This document shows, one piece after another, positions 30,503 to 40,572 of a stretch of 61,536 nt of DNA. Below the pieces are notes generated by a model. The model did not search any database, was not told the DNA's origin, and worked only from the letters and a program-made list of their open reading frames with translations. Made by a program: the position numbers and the translations under genes. Origin of the DNA: an uncultured Clavibacter sp. (GTDB lineage: Bacteria > Actinomycetota > Actinomycetes > Nanopelagicales > Nanopelagicaceae); assembly GCA_964428285.1 (NCBI GenBank), contig CAYRXG010000001.1:1-61536 (forward strand). The letters are read 5' to 3'. Every line of letters starts with the position of its first letter. Position 1 is the first letter of the stretch.

Positions 30503-31288
30503 CTAATTAGAGCTTTTTCGCACTCCGCTTGCAAGGTTCGAGGCTAATTCTTCAACAGAATCAGGGCCTTTACCTTCAAGAAGTAACTTAAGGAATGCTG
30601 AGCCGACAATCACACCATCAGCAAATTGGGATATCTCAGATGCTTGATCACGATTTGAAACTCCTAGACCAACTGCAACGGGCAGATTGCTTGCCTTTCT
30701 GATTCTAGAAACTAAGTGCTTGGCATCATTTGAAAGCGCGCTTCGTGCTCCGGTAACGCCCATCAAACTCGCTGCATAGATAAATCCAGAACAATTCTGA
30801 GAGACATTTTCTAAACGTTCATCTGAACTACTTGGTGCTACTACATAAGTTCTATCAATGTTGAATTCGTCTGTTGCAGATAGCCATTCCGAGCTCTCTT
30901 CTACCGTTAAATCTGGTGTTATTACTCCAATTCCACCTGCCGCAGATAAATCCCTTGCAAACTTTTGGAAACCGTATCTTTCAATTGGATTCCAATACGA
31001 CATTACATATGTAGGGACTTTCGAGCTTGAAACGACCTCAAATACATCTGAGATTTTAAATCCGTTTGTAATCGCTGCTTCGCTAGTTTTTTGGATGACT
31101 GGTCCATCCATTACTGGGTCGCTGTAGGGAATCCCAACTTCGATTAAATCAACTCCGCCGGCTATCATGGCTTCAATAACTTCTGCAGTTTTAGACTTAT
31201 TTGGAAAACCTGCAGTTACGTACCCAATAAGCAAAGATCTATTCTCCGATTTTGCCTTAGCAAAGAGTTCTTCTGATTTCTTATTCAT
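30503..31288 (-). CDS. trpA: Tryptophan synthase alpha chain
   Basis: Contains YVTAGFP, IEVGIPYSDPVMDGPVIQ and GVTGA. Confidence 0.95.
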   Translation of the reverse strand: MNKKSEELFAKAKSENRSLLIGYVTAGFPNKSKTAEVIEAMIAGGVDLIEVGIPYSDPVMDGPVIQKTSEAAITNGFKISDVFEVVSSSKVPTYVMSYWNPIERYGFQKFARDLSAAGGIGVITPDLTVEESSEWLSATDEFNIDRTYVVAPSSSDERLENVSQNCSGFIYAASLMGVTGARSALSNDAKHLVSRIRKASNLPVAVGLGVSNRDQASEISQFADGVIVGSAFLKLLLEGKGPDSVEELASNLASGVRKSSN

Positions 31289-31305
31289 ATTCGTTAGATA
31301 ATGAT

Positions 31306-32484
31306 TTAGATTGGTATTCCAAAATAATTGGCGGCAGTCTGTACATCTTTATCGCCTCGACCAGAGAGATTTATAAGAATATTTGCGCCAGCACCAAGCT
31401 CTTGGCCTATTTGAATCGCTCCTGCCAGTGCATGGGCCGTTTCAATCGCTGGAATTATCCCTTCACTCTTTGAGAGAAGATCAAATGCTTTCATGGCTTC
31501 ATCATCGGTAATTGCGCGATATTCAGCTCTACCAATTTCTTTGAGGAAAGCGTGCTCCGGACCAACACCCGGGTAATCAAGCCCTGCAGAAATTGAGTGT
31601 GATTCTCTAGTTTGTCCGTTTTCATCCTGCAAAACATAAGTTCTTGTGCCATGCAAAACTCCTGGTGAACCACCGACCAATGTTGCTGCATGCTTTCCAC
31701 TTGCAACACCAGATCCGCCAGCTTCTAGACCAATTAATCGAACGGAAGAATCTTCAATAAACGCATGGAAGATTCCAATTGCATTAGAACCTCCTCCGAC
31801 GCAAGCTAGTACTGCATCGGGAAGTTTTCCAATTAACTCTCGCAACTGCTCTTTTGATTCTAAGCCAATAATTTTGTGGAAATCTCTGACCATCGTTGGA
31901 AATGGATGTGGTCCTGCAACGGTTCCAAGCAAGTAGTGAGTGGTAGAAACATTTGTCACCCAATCACGCATAGCTTCGTTAATTGCATCTTTCAGCGTTC
32001 GTGATCCTGTTGTGACTGGAATAACCTGCGCGCCCAATATTTTCATTCTGGCAACATTTAGCGATTGTCGCTTAGTGTCTTCTTCTCCCATATAAACAAC
32101 GCATTCCAGACCCATTAGTGCAGCTGCAGTTGCAGAAGCAACTCCGTGTTGACCTGCTCCGGTTTCTGCGATTATGCGTTTTTTGCCCATTCTTTTTGTT
32201 AGAAGAGCTTGACCAAGAACATTATTGATCTTATGACTTCCGGTGTGATTTAAATCTTCTCGTTTCAAAAATATTCTTGCTCCACCTGCATGCTTTGCAA
32301 AACGAGTTGCTTCAGTAATTATCGACGGACGTCCCGTGTATGTTCGATGAAGTTCACTAAGTTCTTTTAAGAATTCAGGATCTTTTTGTGCCGCATCATG
32401 TGCCGCAGCTAGTTCATCCAGTGCTCCGATAAGAGCCTCCGGAACGAATCTCCCGCCGAATTTTCCAAAATGTCCCTGGCTCAC
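31306..32484 (-). CDS. trpB: Tryptophan synthase beta chain
   Basis: GTG start. Contains [22 protein letters not shown] (PLP Lys) and GGGSNAIG. Confidence 0.97.
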   Translation of the reverse strand: MSQGHFGKFGGRFVPEALIGALDELAAAHDAAQKDPEFLKELSELHRTYTGRPSIITEATRFAKHAGGARIFLKREDLNHTGSHKINNVLGQALLTKRMGKKRIIAETGAGQHGVASATAAALMGLECVVYMGEEDTKRQSLNVARMKILGAQVIPVTTGSRTLKDAINEAMRDWVTNVSTTHYLLGTVAGPHPFPTMVRDFHKIIGLESKEQLRELIGKLPDAVLACVGGGSNAIGIFHAFIEDSSVRLIGLEAGGSGVASGKHAATLVGGSPGVLHGTRTYVLQDENGQTRESHSISAGLDYPGVGPEHAFLKEIGRAEYRAITDDEAMKAFDLLSKSEGIIPAIETAHALAGAIQIGQELGAGANILINLSGRGDKDVQTAANYFGIPI

Positions 32485-32488
32485 GTCC

Positions 32489-33283
32489 TTACTCTACTTT
32501 TCCGGCGGAATTTGCGCCTGCTAAAAATTCTTGGATTTTTTCCTTTGGATTCGCGGCTCGAACTAGAGCCTCACCTACCAAAATCGCATCTGCACCGAAA
32601 TTTCGCGCCGAAATCACATCTTTCGATTCGAAAATACCTGACTCTGCAACTTTTATTATCTGATCAGGGATTAGAGGTATTAATTGGCCGAAAACTTCTG
32701 AATCAATTTCAAGAGTTTTTAAATTCCTAGAATTTACTCCGATCATCTTTGCATCAATTGCTAATGCACGTTCTAATTCATGGTGATTATGAACTTCAAT
32801 TAGCGCAGTCATATCAAGAGCCTCAGCGATTTGAAAAAAGTCCTTCAATTGATGATCATCCAGCGCTGCGACAATCAATAGAATCATATCTGCACCATAA
32901 GCTCGAGACTCTTGCACAAGATATTCACTAACCATAAAGTCTTTTCGTAAAACTGGAATATCAACAGCGGCTCTTACTACTTCTAAATCTCTGAGTGAGC
33001 CTTTAAATTTACGACCCTCCGTTAGAACACTGATTGCAGATGCTCCGCCTTCTTGATAAAGCTTTGCAAGATCTGTCGGCTCTGGAATCTGCGCAAGTTC
33101 ACCTTTGCTAGGGGAAGATCTCTTGATTTCAGCAATTACCGAAAAACCACTTTTTTGGAATTTTGATAACGCGGGGACAACTTTGGGCGCATCGGCAATT
33201 TTTTCGGTGAGTTTGCCTGGGTTTAATTTACGAGCGGCTTCATCTGCCTTTACGCCTTCGATTATTTGGAGAAGTGCACTCAC
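32489..33283 (-). CDS. trpC: Indole-3-glycerol phosphate synthase
   Basis: GTG start overlapping the trpE stop (GTGA). Contains [22 protein letters not shown] and GVNSRNL. Confidence 0.95.
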   Translation of the reverse strand: MSALLQIIEGVKADEAARKLNPGKLTEKIADAPKVVPALSKFQKSGFSVIAEIKRSSPSKGELAQIPEPTDLAKLYQEGGASAISVLTEGRKFKGSLRDLEVVRAAVDIPVLRKDFMVSEYLVQESRAYGADMILLIVAALDDHQLKDFFQIAEALDMTALIEVHNHHELERALAIDAKMIGVNSRNLKTLEIDSEVFGQLIPLIPDQIIKVAESGIFESKDVISARNFGADAILVGEALVRAANPKEKIQEFLAGANSAGKVE

Positions 33284-34794
33284 GACAATTTCCTCAATTT
33301 GTTTGCGGACGAAATGGCACCAAGAACGGCTGCTGCTTTATTTAAACATTCTGCATCTTCATTTTCAGGTTTTGAATCTGCTACAACGCCAGCGCCCGCC
33401 TGCACATATGCTTTATCATCTTTCAAAATTGCAGTTCGAATTGCGATACAAGTATCCAAGTTCCCAGTGAAATCTAGATATCCAATTGCTCCGCCGTAGA
33501 TTCCTCTTTTTGATTTTTCCTGTTCCTCAATGATCTCCATCGCACGAGGTTTGGGAGCTCCGGAGAGAGTTCCCGCTGGGAATACCGCATAAAGTGCATC
33601 TATCGGCGCCAATTCCTTCTTTAACTGTCCCGTTACCGTTGAGACGATATGCATTACATGGGAATACCTCTCGATTTGCATAAACTCAACAACATTTACC
33701 GTCCCTGGATTACAAACTCGTCCTAAATCATTGCGTCCCAGATCTACCAACATTAAATGCTCTGCCCGCTCTTTCGGATCTGAAAGAAGTTCATCGCCAA
33801 GTCGAATATCTTCGGCTGGATCTTGCGCGCGTTTACGTGTTCCTGCAATTGGATGAACCATGACTTCGCCATCTGTTACTTTTACCAAAGCTTCTGGACT
33901 AGAACCTACAACGCTAAGACCATCAGAAAATCTGAGCAAAAACATATATGGACTCGGATTATGCAATCTTAACATCCGGTACACATCGAATGGATCGGCT
34001 TGGTTTTCCATCTCAAAACGTTGCGAAAGAACCACTTGAAACGCTTCACCGCTTTTGATTTCTTCCTTGATTTTATTTACCTTGTCGCAGAAATCTGCAG
34101 AACTAGTTTTTCGACTGAATTCAGCTGGTGATTTATCGTCTAGATATGTAAGCGGAGTCAGTAATGGTTCTTTTAAAAGGTTCTTCATGGCAGCAAGTCG
34201 ATTTAGGCTATTTTCGTAAGCCTCATTCACTCGCTCTTTAGAACCATCCCAATTGATTGCATTCGCAATCAAAGTTACGGTGCCTTGTAAGTGATCATAA
34301 ATTGCAAGGTCAGTTGTAAGCATAAATGCCATTTCTGGCAGTCCAAGTTCATCTGGATTTAAATCCGGTAAATTCTCTAATCTTCGTACCGAGTCATAGC
34401 CAAGATAGCCAACTAGTCCGCTGGTTAATCTAGGTAAACCCGAAATTCGAGGTGTTCGCAGATGTGAACCAGCTATCGCAAGCGCCTTGAGAGGATCAAT
34501 TCCGGACGGCGCTCCGGCCGGTGGCGTTCCAAGCCATTGCGCAACGCCAGATTTCTCAATTAACGTAGCTTGGCTCGAAACTCCAATAAACGAATACCTG
34601 GCCCAACTTCCACCGTTTTCAGCTGACTCCAACAAGAAAGTGTTGGGAGCATGTTTAGTAAGTTTTGAATAAAGGGTAAGAGGCGTTTCACTATCTGCAA
34701 GAAAACTTTCTGCAATTGGAATGACGTTATAACTTTCAGCGTATTTCTTAAATTCTTCGAGGGAGATTGGAGTCTTGCCAGTGCCAGAAAACAT
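33280..34794 (-). CDS. trpE: Anthranilate synthase component I
   Basis: Contains LLESAENG, GGAIGYL and the chorismate-binding C-terminal domain. I chose the ATG at 34794, which forms TAATG with the priA stop; the ORF track gives 34806. Confidence 0.93.
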   Translation of the reverse strand: MFSGTGKTPISLEEFKKYAESYNVIPIAESFLADSETPLTLYSKLTKHAPNTFLLESAENGGSWARYSFIGVSSQATLIEKSGVAQWLGTPPAGAPSGIDPLKALAIAGSHLRTPRISGLPRLTSGLVGYLGYDSVRRLENLPDLNPDELGLPEMAFMLTTDLAIYDHLQGTVTLIANAINWDGSKERVNEAYENSLNRLAAMKNLLKEPLLTPLTYLDDKSPAEFSRKTSSADFCDKVNKIKEEIKSGEAFQVVLSQRFEMENQADPFDVYRMLRLHNPSPYMFLLRFSDGLSVVGSSPEALVKVTDGEVMVHPIAGTRKRAQDPAEDIRLGDELLSDPKERAEHLMLVDLGRNDLGRVCNPGTVNVVEFMQIERYSHVMHIVSTVTGQLKKELAPIDALYAVFPAGTLSGAPKPRAMEIIEEQEKSKRGIYGGAIGYLDFTGNLDTCIAIRTAILKDDKAYVQAGAGVVADSKPENEDAECLNKAAAVLGAISSANKLRKLS

Positions 34795-35528
34795 TATCTG
34801 CTGCACACTCCTAGTGCTTCGGGGAAAGAGAGTTCGCCTTGGTAAAACGCTTTGCCAATTATGACGCCTTCCAGGCCTTTACCGGCACTCGAACGCAGGC
34901 TCTCCAATTCATCTAGGCTCGAAACTCCTCCTGACCATACGATCGGTCGATCTGTTATCTCCAGAATCTCATCTAATAAGCGAAAATTTGGACCTGTTAG
35001 CGATCCATCCTTATCAACGTCCGTTACAACGTATCTTCGGGCACCTAGCTCATCTAATTGCTTAACTATTGACTTGAAATCCTTTATCAAAATGTTGCTC
35101 CCCCGAGCGAGTAAATCGCGACCTCGTATATCAAGTCCAATTACTAATCTCTCACCATATTTTTCCAATGCTTCTCTTATCCAATTCATGTTTGATAAAG
35201 CAGTTGTTCCAATATTCGCTCGAAAACACCTAGTTGCCATAGCAAATTCCAAAGAATCATTATCTTTAATGCCTCCTGATAACTGAACCTTCACTTCAAG
35301 ATTAGAAATCAATTCAACGAGCAATTCCCGATTTTCGCCCGATCCATACGCGGCATCTAAATCAACTAAGTGAAGCCACTTTGCACCTATTTCAATAAAC
35401 TTTTGGGCAACTTCTAGCGGGTTAGATTCAAAAGTTTCAGTTGCATTTTGAGTCAATGAAATTCTTACAGATTTGCCGCCCTTAACATCAAGTGCGGGCA
35501 GAAGTTCTAACTGCTCAAAACTGGACAT
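34794..35528 (-). CDS. priA: HisA/PriA (beta-alpha)8 phosphoribosyl isomerase
   Basis: Contains LLPALDVKGGKSV, HLVDLDAA, LSGGI, VTDVDKDGSLTGPN and SGGVSSLDEL. Colinear with actinobacterial PriA. No separate trpF is in the cluster. Confidence 0.85.
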   Translation of the reverse strand: MSSFEQLELLPALDVKGGKSVRISLTQNATETFESNPLEVAQKFIEIGAKWLHLVDLDAAYGSGENRELLVELISNLEVKVQLSGGIKDNDSLEFAMATRCFRANIGTTALSNMNWIREALEKYGERLVIGLDIRGRDLLARGSNILIKDFKSIVKQLDELGARRYVVTDVDKDGSLTGPNFRLLDEILEITDRPIVWSGGVSSLDELESLRSSAGKGLEGVIIGKAFYQGELSFPEALGVCSR

Positions 35529-35569
35529 TAGCTAAGTCTAGAGAGTGCTCGAACGAAGGCGCTCAGTAA

Positions 35570-38500
35570 TTAAACCAAGCAATCTGGTCCAAGAATAGAT
35601 TTTAAGTCTGCGCTAAGTCCGGGTGAGGCAGTAATGCGTAAACCGTCATCTAGTCTAAAAGTTGTCTCTTTCGCGCCACCTTCGATACGTAGATGAACTT
35701 CTCGCGTTCCAGGGTGCGATCTCAAAATCTCTTTCATGCGATCTACAACTGGAGGCGTACATCGCTCTGCTTCAACTTTGATGATGAAAGGACCAATTGG
35801 GGCTTGATTGATATCGGGTAAAGATAAATCCATCGCCGCGACTCGTGGCGTTTCTTCTCTCTTATCAATTCTTCCTCGAACAGCAACAATACGATCCTCG
35901 ATTAGATTTAATGCATGTTGTTGATATGAGTTCGAGAAGAAGAGTACATCGATTGCACCTTCAAGATCTTCCAAAGTAACTATCGCCCATGAAGATCCCT
36001 GGCGGCTAACCTTTCTTTGAACATTCGTTATTAATCCAGCAATAGTGACGATACTTTCGTGCTGAACTCCATCTTCAAAAAGTTGGCTAATAGTTATATC
36101 GCGAACGCTTTTTAACACATGCTCGACTCCAAGGAGTGGATGATCAGAGACATACAAACCCAACATCTCTCTTTCATAAGATAACAAGAGTGGCTTATCC
36201 CATTCGCCATCTGGGATCTGCGCTGAAATTCCCGAGACGCTTTGCGGGTTATCACTCCCACTTCCGAAAAGATCAAACTGGCCAATCGCTTCTGCGCGCT
36301 TTACTTCAGCAACGGAATCAATGGCTTCCAAATAAATTGTCATTAAACCTTTTCGAGTATGGCCTAAAGAATCAAAAGCACCAGCTTTGATCAAAGATTC
36401 GATCGTTTTCTTATTACAAACAGTCGCATCAACCTTTGCCAAAAAGTCATTAAAAGATGTGAACTTCCCTTTTTCATTGCGATTCTTTGCGATTGACGCA
36501 ACGACATTTTCGCCAACATTTCTTACAGCCGCCAATCCAAAACGAATATCAGTTCCAATTGGCGTGTAAGCGGCATCTGATTCATTTACATCGGGTGCCA
36601 GAACTTTAATTCCCATTCTTCGACATTCACTTAGATACAAGGCAGTTTTGTCTTTATCGTGCTGAACGCTGGTTAATAATGCCGCCATATATTCAGTCGG
36701 AAAATTCGCTTTTAGATACGCTGTCCAAAATGAAATGACACCGTAGCCTGCGCTATGGGCGCGATTAAATGCATAGTCCGAGAATGGAATTAGGGTCTTC
36801 CATAATTCTTCGATTGCGGCACTAGAAAATCCATTTTTAGACATACCGGCTTCAAAATGCACATATTCTTTATCAAGAATTTCCTTATTCTTTTTACCCA
36901 TCGCCTTACGAAGGAGATCTGCGCGAGCAAGTGAGAAGCCAGCAACTTTTTGAGCAATCGCCATGACTTGTTCTTGATAGACAATCAATCCATATGTGTC
37001 ATCAAGAATTTCACTCAAGGCATCTTGTAACTCCGGATGAATTGGCTCAATTCGCTTGCGCTTATTCTTGCGATCGGCATAATCATTATGAGCATTGACT
37101 CCCATCGGACCGGGACGATAGAGAGCAATCACGGCTGAAATATCCGCAAATGAATCTGGCACCATGGACCTAAGTAATGCACGTATCGGAGCGCTATCTA
37201 ATTGAAATACTCCAAGAGTTTCACCTCTTGAAAGAAGTTCAAAAGTTTTTTTATCTCCCAATGGAAGATCTTCAAGGACAACTCTTTTGCCTTGATTCTT
37301 TTCGATATTTGCAATGCAATCATCTAAAACAGAGAGGTTTCGCAGTCCGAGAAAGTCCATCTTTAGAAGTCCGGTTGCCTCGCACGCCCCCATATCGAAT
37401 TGAGTAATCGTGGCGCCATCTGTATCTCGGCGATGTATCGGAATTACTTCCAAAAGAGGTTCGCGACTAAGAATCACACCTGCGGCATGGACTCCCGGCT
37501 GCCGCTTTAAGCCTTCGAGGCCTCTAGCCATATCAACAATGGTTTTGGCATCAGTATCTTCTTCGTAAATGTTTCGAAACTCTTGGGCTTCTTGAAAGCG
37601 CTCATTCTCTTTATCAAATACCCCAGCTAAGGAAATATCTTTTCCCATAATCGAAGGAGGTAACGCTTTGGTTAACTTATCCCCCAACGCAAATGGATAA
37701 CCAAGTACTCTTGTTGCATCCTTAATAGCTTGTTTTGATTTGATGGTATTGAAGGTGATTATCTGTGCCACACGATCTTCGCCATATTTTTCGATTGCGT
37801 ACCGAATCATTTCGCCACGCCGTCTTTCATCAAAATCCAAATCTATATCGGGCATGGAAATTCGATCTGGGTTTAAGAAACGTTCGAATAACAAACCATG
37901 TTCAATAGGATCAAGTGCGGTAATCCCTAAAGTGAAAGAGACAAGAGATCCAGCAGCTGATCCTCTACCTGGGCCAACTCGAATTCCAATTGATTTTGCA
38001 TAAGCAACAAGGTCTGAAACGACCAAGAAGTAACCGGCAAATCCCATCTTTGTCATTACTTCTAGTTCAAACTCAAGACGACTCAAATAGTTTTCTGGCA
38101 CTCCCGCAGGAAACTTCTCCGCAAGTCCAGTTCTTGCTCGCTTGATTAGCCAAGTGCTTTCATCTTCTCCGGCTGGTACTGGAAACTTAGGGAGCAAATT
38201 CTCATTTTCGCGCAAAGTCACATTGCATCGTTCTGCAATTAAGAGCGTGTTATCGCAGGCTTCTTCCAAGCCGCTAAAGATCTGACGCATAGTTGCAGCG
38301 TCCTTTAGATAAAACTCGTCACTATCAAATTTAAATCGCTTGGGATCTGCCAAAGTACTACCTGATTGGACTGATAACAGGGCTTCATGATGTCTGGCAT
38401 CTTTTGCAAATGTATAGTGCAAATCATTTGTGGCTACTAATGGCAAGCCTAAATCTTTAGCTAGCTTCAACAAATCATTCTTTACTCGGTTCTCAATTTC

Positions 38501-39076
38501 TAAGCCGTGATCCATTATTTCAACGAAGTAGTTACCGGTGCCAAAAATTTCAAGATATTTTGCGGCAGCGGCACGAGCTTCGTTGTATGCGCCCATACGT
38601 AATCGAGTTTGAATTTCACCACCAGGGCAACCCGTTGTAGCAATTAATCCGCTTCCGTATTTTTCCAGTAACTCGATATCCATCCGTGGCTTGTAATAGA
38701 AACCTTCTAACGATGCAAGTGAAGATAACTTAAATAAATTTGATAGGCCCTCATTATTTTGTGCAAGAAGGGTCATGTGGGTATACGCGCCACCACCAGA
38801 TACATCATCCTCTCCACCATCGGCCCATCGAACTCGACGTTTTTCAAATCTTGATTCTGGTGCAACGTAAGCCTCGATACCAATTATTGGTTTTACGCCC
38901 GCAGCTTTCATCGTTTTATAGAAATCGAATGCACCAAAAACATGTCCGTGATCAGTAATTGCGATAGCAGATTCACCCTGCCGTTTTACCTCTTGCGCCA
39001 ATTGATCAATTCGTGCAGCCCCATCGAGCATTGAATATTCGGTATGTACGTGTAGATGAACGAAACCCTTGCTCAC
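35570..39076 (-). CDS. dnaE: DNA polymerase III alpha subunit (DnaE1)
   Basis: GTG start, 1168 aa. PHP domain FVHLHVHTEYSMLDG, the palm/fingers region, and a C-terminal OB fold. Confidence 0.97.
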   Translation of the reverse strand: MSKGFVHLHVHTEYSMLDGAARIDQLAQEVKRQGESAIAITDHGHVFGAFDFYKTMKAAGVKPIIGIEAYVAPESRFEKRRVRWADGGEDDVSGGGAYTHMTLLAQNNEGLSNLFKLSSLASLEGFYYKPRMDIELLEKYGSGLIATTGCPGGEIQTRLRMGAYNEARAAAAKYLEIFGTGNYFVEIMDHGLEIENRVKNDLLKLAKDLGLPLVATNDLHYTFAKDARHHEALLSVQSGSTLADPKRFKFDSDEFYLKDAATMRQIFSGLEEACDNTLLIAERCNVTLRENENLLPKFPVPAGEDESTWLIKRARTGLAEKFPAGVPENYLSRLEFELEVMTKMGFAGYFLVVSDLVAYAKSIGIRVGPGRGSAAGSLVSFTLGITALDPIEHGLLFERFLNPDRISMPDIDLDFDERRRGEMIRYAIEKYGEDRVAQIITFNTIKSKQAIKDATRVLGYPFALGDKLTKALPPSIMGKDISLAGVFDKENERFQEAQEFRNIYEEDTDAKTIVDMARGLEGLKRQPGVHAAGVILSREPLLEVIPIHRRDTDGATITQFDMGACEATGLLKMDFLGLRNLSVLDDCIANIEKNQGKRVVLEDLPLGDKKTFELLSRGETLGVFQLDSAPIRALLRSMVPDSFADISAVIALYRPGPMGVNAHNDYADRKNKRKRIEPIHPELQDALSEILDDTYGLIVYQEQVMAIAQKVAGFSLARADLLRKAMGKKNKEILDKEYVHFEAGMSKNGFSSAAIEELWKTLIPFSDYAFNRAHSAGYGVISFWTAYLKANFPTEYMAALLTSVQHDKDKTALYLSECRRMGIKVLAPDVNESDAAYTPIGTDIRFGLAAVRNVGENVVASIAKNRNEKGKFTSFNDFLAKVDATVCNKKTIESLIKAGAFDSLGHTRKGLMTIYLEAIDSVAEVKRAEAIGQFDLFGSGSDNPQSVSGISAQIPDGEWDKPLLLSYEREMLGLYVSDHPLLGVEHVLKSVRDITISQLFEDGVQHESIVTIAGLITNVQRKVSRQGSSWAIVTLEDLEGAIDVLFFSNSYQQHALNLIEDRIVAVRGRIDKREETPRVAAMDLSLPDINQAPIGPFIIKVEAERCTPPVVDRMKEILRSHPGTREVHLRIEGGAKETTFRLDDGLRITASPGLSADLKSILGPDCLV

Positions 39077-39098
39077 GGTCGGCGAGATTACTCCCCAG

Positions 39099-40052
39099 CT
39101 AGGACTTAACGGCCAAAAGCGAGAGGGCGCGTTTTAAGTCGCTTGGATAAGTTGATTGAAGGTGAATTCGCTCACCGGTTCTAGGTTGGAGAAATTCAAG
39201 TTCAATTGCATGGAGCCAGGGACGTCGCAATTCGAGACGTTCGGCCAAGACCGGATCTGCACCGTAAGCAAGATCTCCAACAAGAGGATGCCTTAAAGCG
39301 CTGAAATGTACTCGAATCTGATGAGTTCGACCCGTTTCCAATTCAACTTTCAATAATGTGGCGCTCGGAAATAATTCAATGAGTGAAAAGTGAGTAACGC
39401 TTGGTTTACCGTCTGCAACAACTGCAAATCGATAATCTTCTTTTGGATGGCGTCCGATAGGCGCATCAATTGTTCCCTCGGCTGGATCCATATGCCCTTG
39501 AACGAGAGCATGATAAACCTTGGAAACTTTTCGTTCCCGAAATTGATCTTTAAGTTTTATATAAGAATCTTCGTTCTTGGCGACCATCATCAAACCGGTA
39601 GTGCCAACATCTAGACGTTGCACGATGCCTTTTCGTTCTTCCGATCCAGAAGTTGAGATTCTAAATCCCTTCGAAATTAAATCACCAAGTACGGTTGGGC
39701 CTTTCCATCCTGGGCTGGGATGTGCCGCAGTTCCGACCGGCTTATCAACTACTACTACATCTTCATCGTCATAGACGATAGAAATTTCGTCACTAATTAC
39801 TTTTGTGAAATCTAGAGGATCAACATGAGCTGGCATTGTTACTTCTATTCGATCTCCAATCGTCACGCGATCGGATTTTGAAAGTAGCTTCTTTCCTTGC
39901 TTCACATCGCCTGCGTTTAGCAAATCAGCAGCAGCGCTCCTTGAAAGTTCTAGCGCCTTTGACAATGCGACATCAACCCGTTCACCATCAAGGGATTCAT
40001 CAATCAAAATCTGTCGTTTTTCCCGATCAGTCATGATCACCTTTGCCATCAT
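39099..40052 (-). CDS. rluD: RluA/RluD-family 23S rRNA pseudouridine synthase
   Basis: S4-like N-terminus (RVDVALSKAL), HRLDVGTTGLMMVAKN (catalytic Asp) and TGRTHQIRVH. The start is 40052, or the ATG at 40034, which gives an 8-nt overlap with the lspA stop. Confidence 0.88.
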   Translation of the reverse strand: MMAKVIMTDREKRQILIDESLDGERVDVALSKALELSRSAAADLLNAGDVKQGKKLLSKSDRVTIGDRIEVTMPAHVDPLDFTKVISDEISIVYDDEDVVVVDKPVGTAAHPSPGWKGPTVLGDLISKGFRISTSGSEERKGIVQRLDVGTTGLMMVAKNEDSYIKLKDQFRERKVSKVYHALVQGHMDPAEGTIDAPIGRHPKEDYRFAVVADGKPSVTHFSLIELFPSATLLKVELETGRTHQIRVHFSALRHPLVGDLAYGADPVLAERLELRRPWLHAIELEFLQPRTGERIHLQSTYPSDLKRALSLLAVKS

Positions 40053-40572
40053 TCTTGGCTATATGTGAGATATTGAATAATGCTAAAACTGTCATTGCGA
40101 TTCCAGCACACACGATTGCGCTATCTGCCAAGTTAAATACCGGCCAATTCGGAAGTTCGATCCAATCGATTACTTCACCGCGCCACACACCTGGTGGCCG
40201 CAAAACGCGGTCATATAAGTTGCCCAATACTCCACCTAGCAGCAGCGCCAGAGCTGCCACCCAGTATTTATTTGTTACTTGGCGAATAAAGAAAATAATA
40301 AATCCGACAACTGCAAGTTTAAGCGCCGAAAGAAGCAAAGTAGCATCCTCAAAGAAACTAAAGGCTGCTCCAGGATTGGTTGCATAGGTTAATTTGAGAA
40401 AATCACCAATTACTTTTATCGGTTCACTTCCCTGAAGGAATCTCTCGGCCCAATTCTTTGTAGCCAGATCAAGAGTAAAAGTTATAGATGCAATAAAAAT
40501 GAATAGTCGTCGCGCGCTAGTTGCACGTGACGACTTTAGCGGCGTTCTTCTTTCTGCTTGCATGTCATGCAA
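40027..40572 (-). CDS. lspA: Lipoprotein signal peptidase (SPase II)
   Basis: Four TM helices with NPGAAFS and FNLAD motifs. The start is uncertain (40572 or 40563). Either overlaps the upstream gene's 3' end. Confidence 0.9.
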   Translation of the reverse strand: MHDMQAERRTPLKSSRATSARRLFIFIASITFTLDLATKNWAERFLQGSEPIKVIGDFLKLTYATNPGAAFSFFEDATLLLSALKLAVVGFIIFFIRQVTNKYWVAALALLLGGVLGNLYDRVLRPPGVWRGEVIDWIELPNWPVFNLADSAIVCAGIAMTVLALFNISHIAKNDGKGDHD

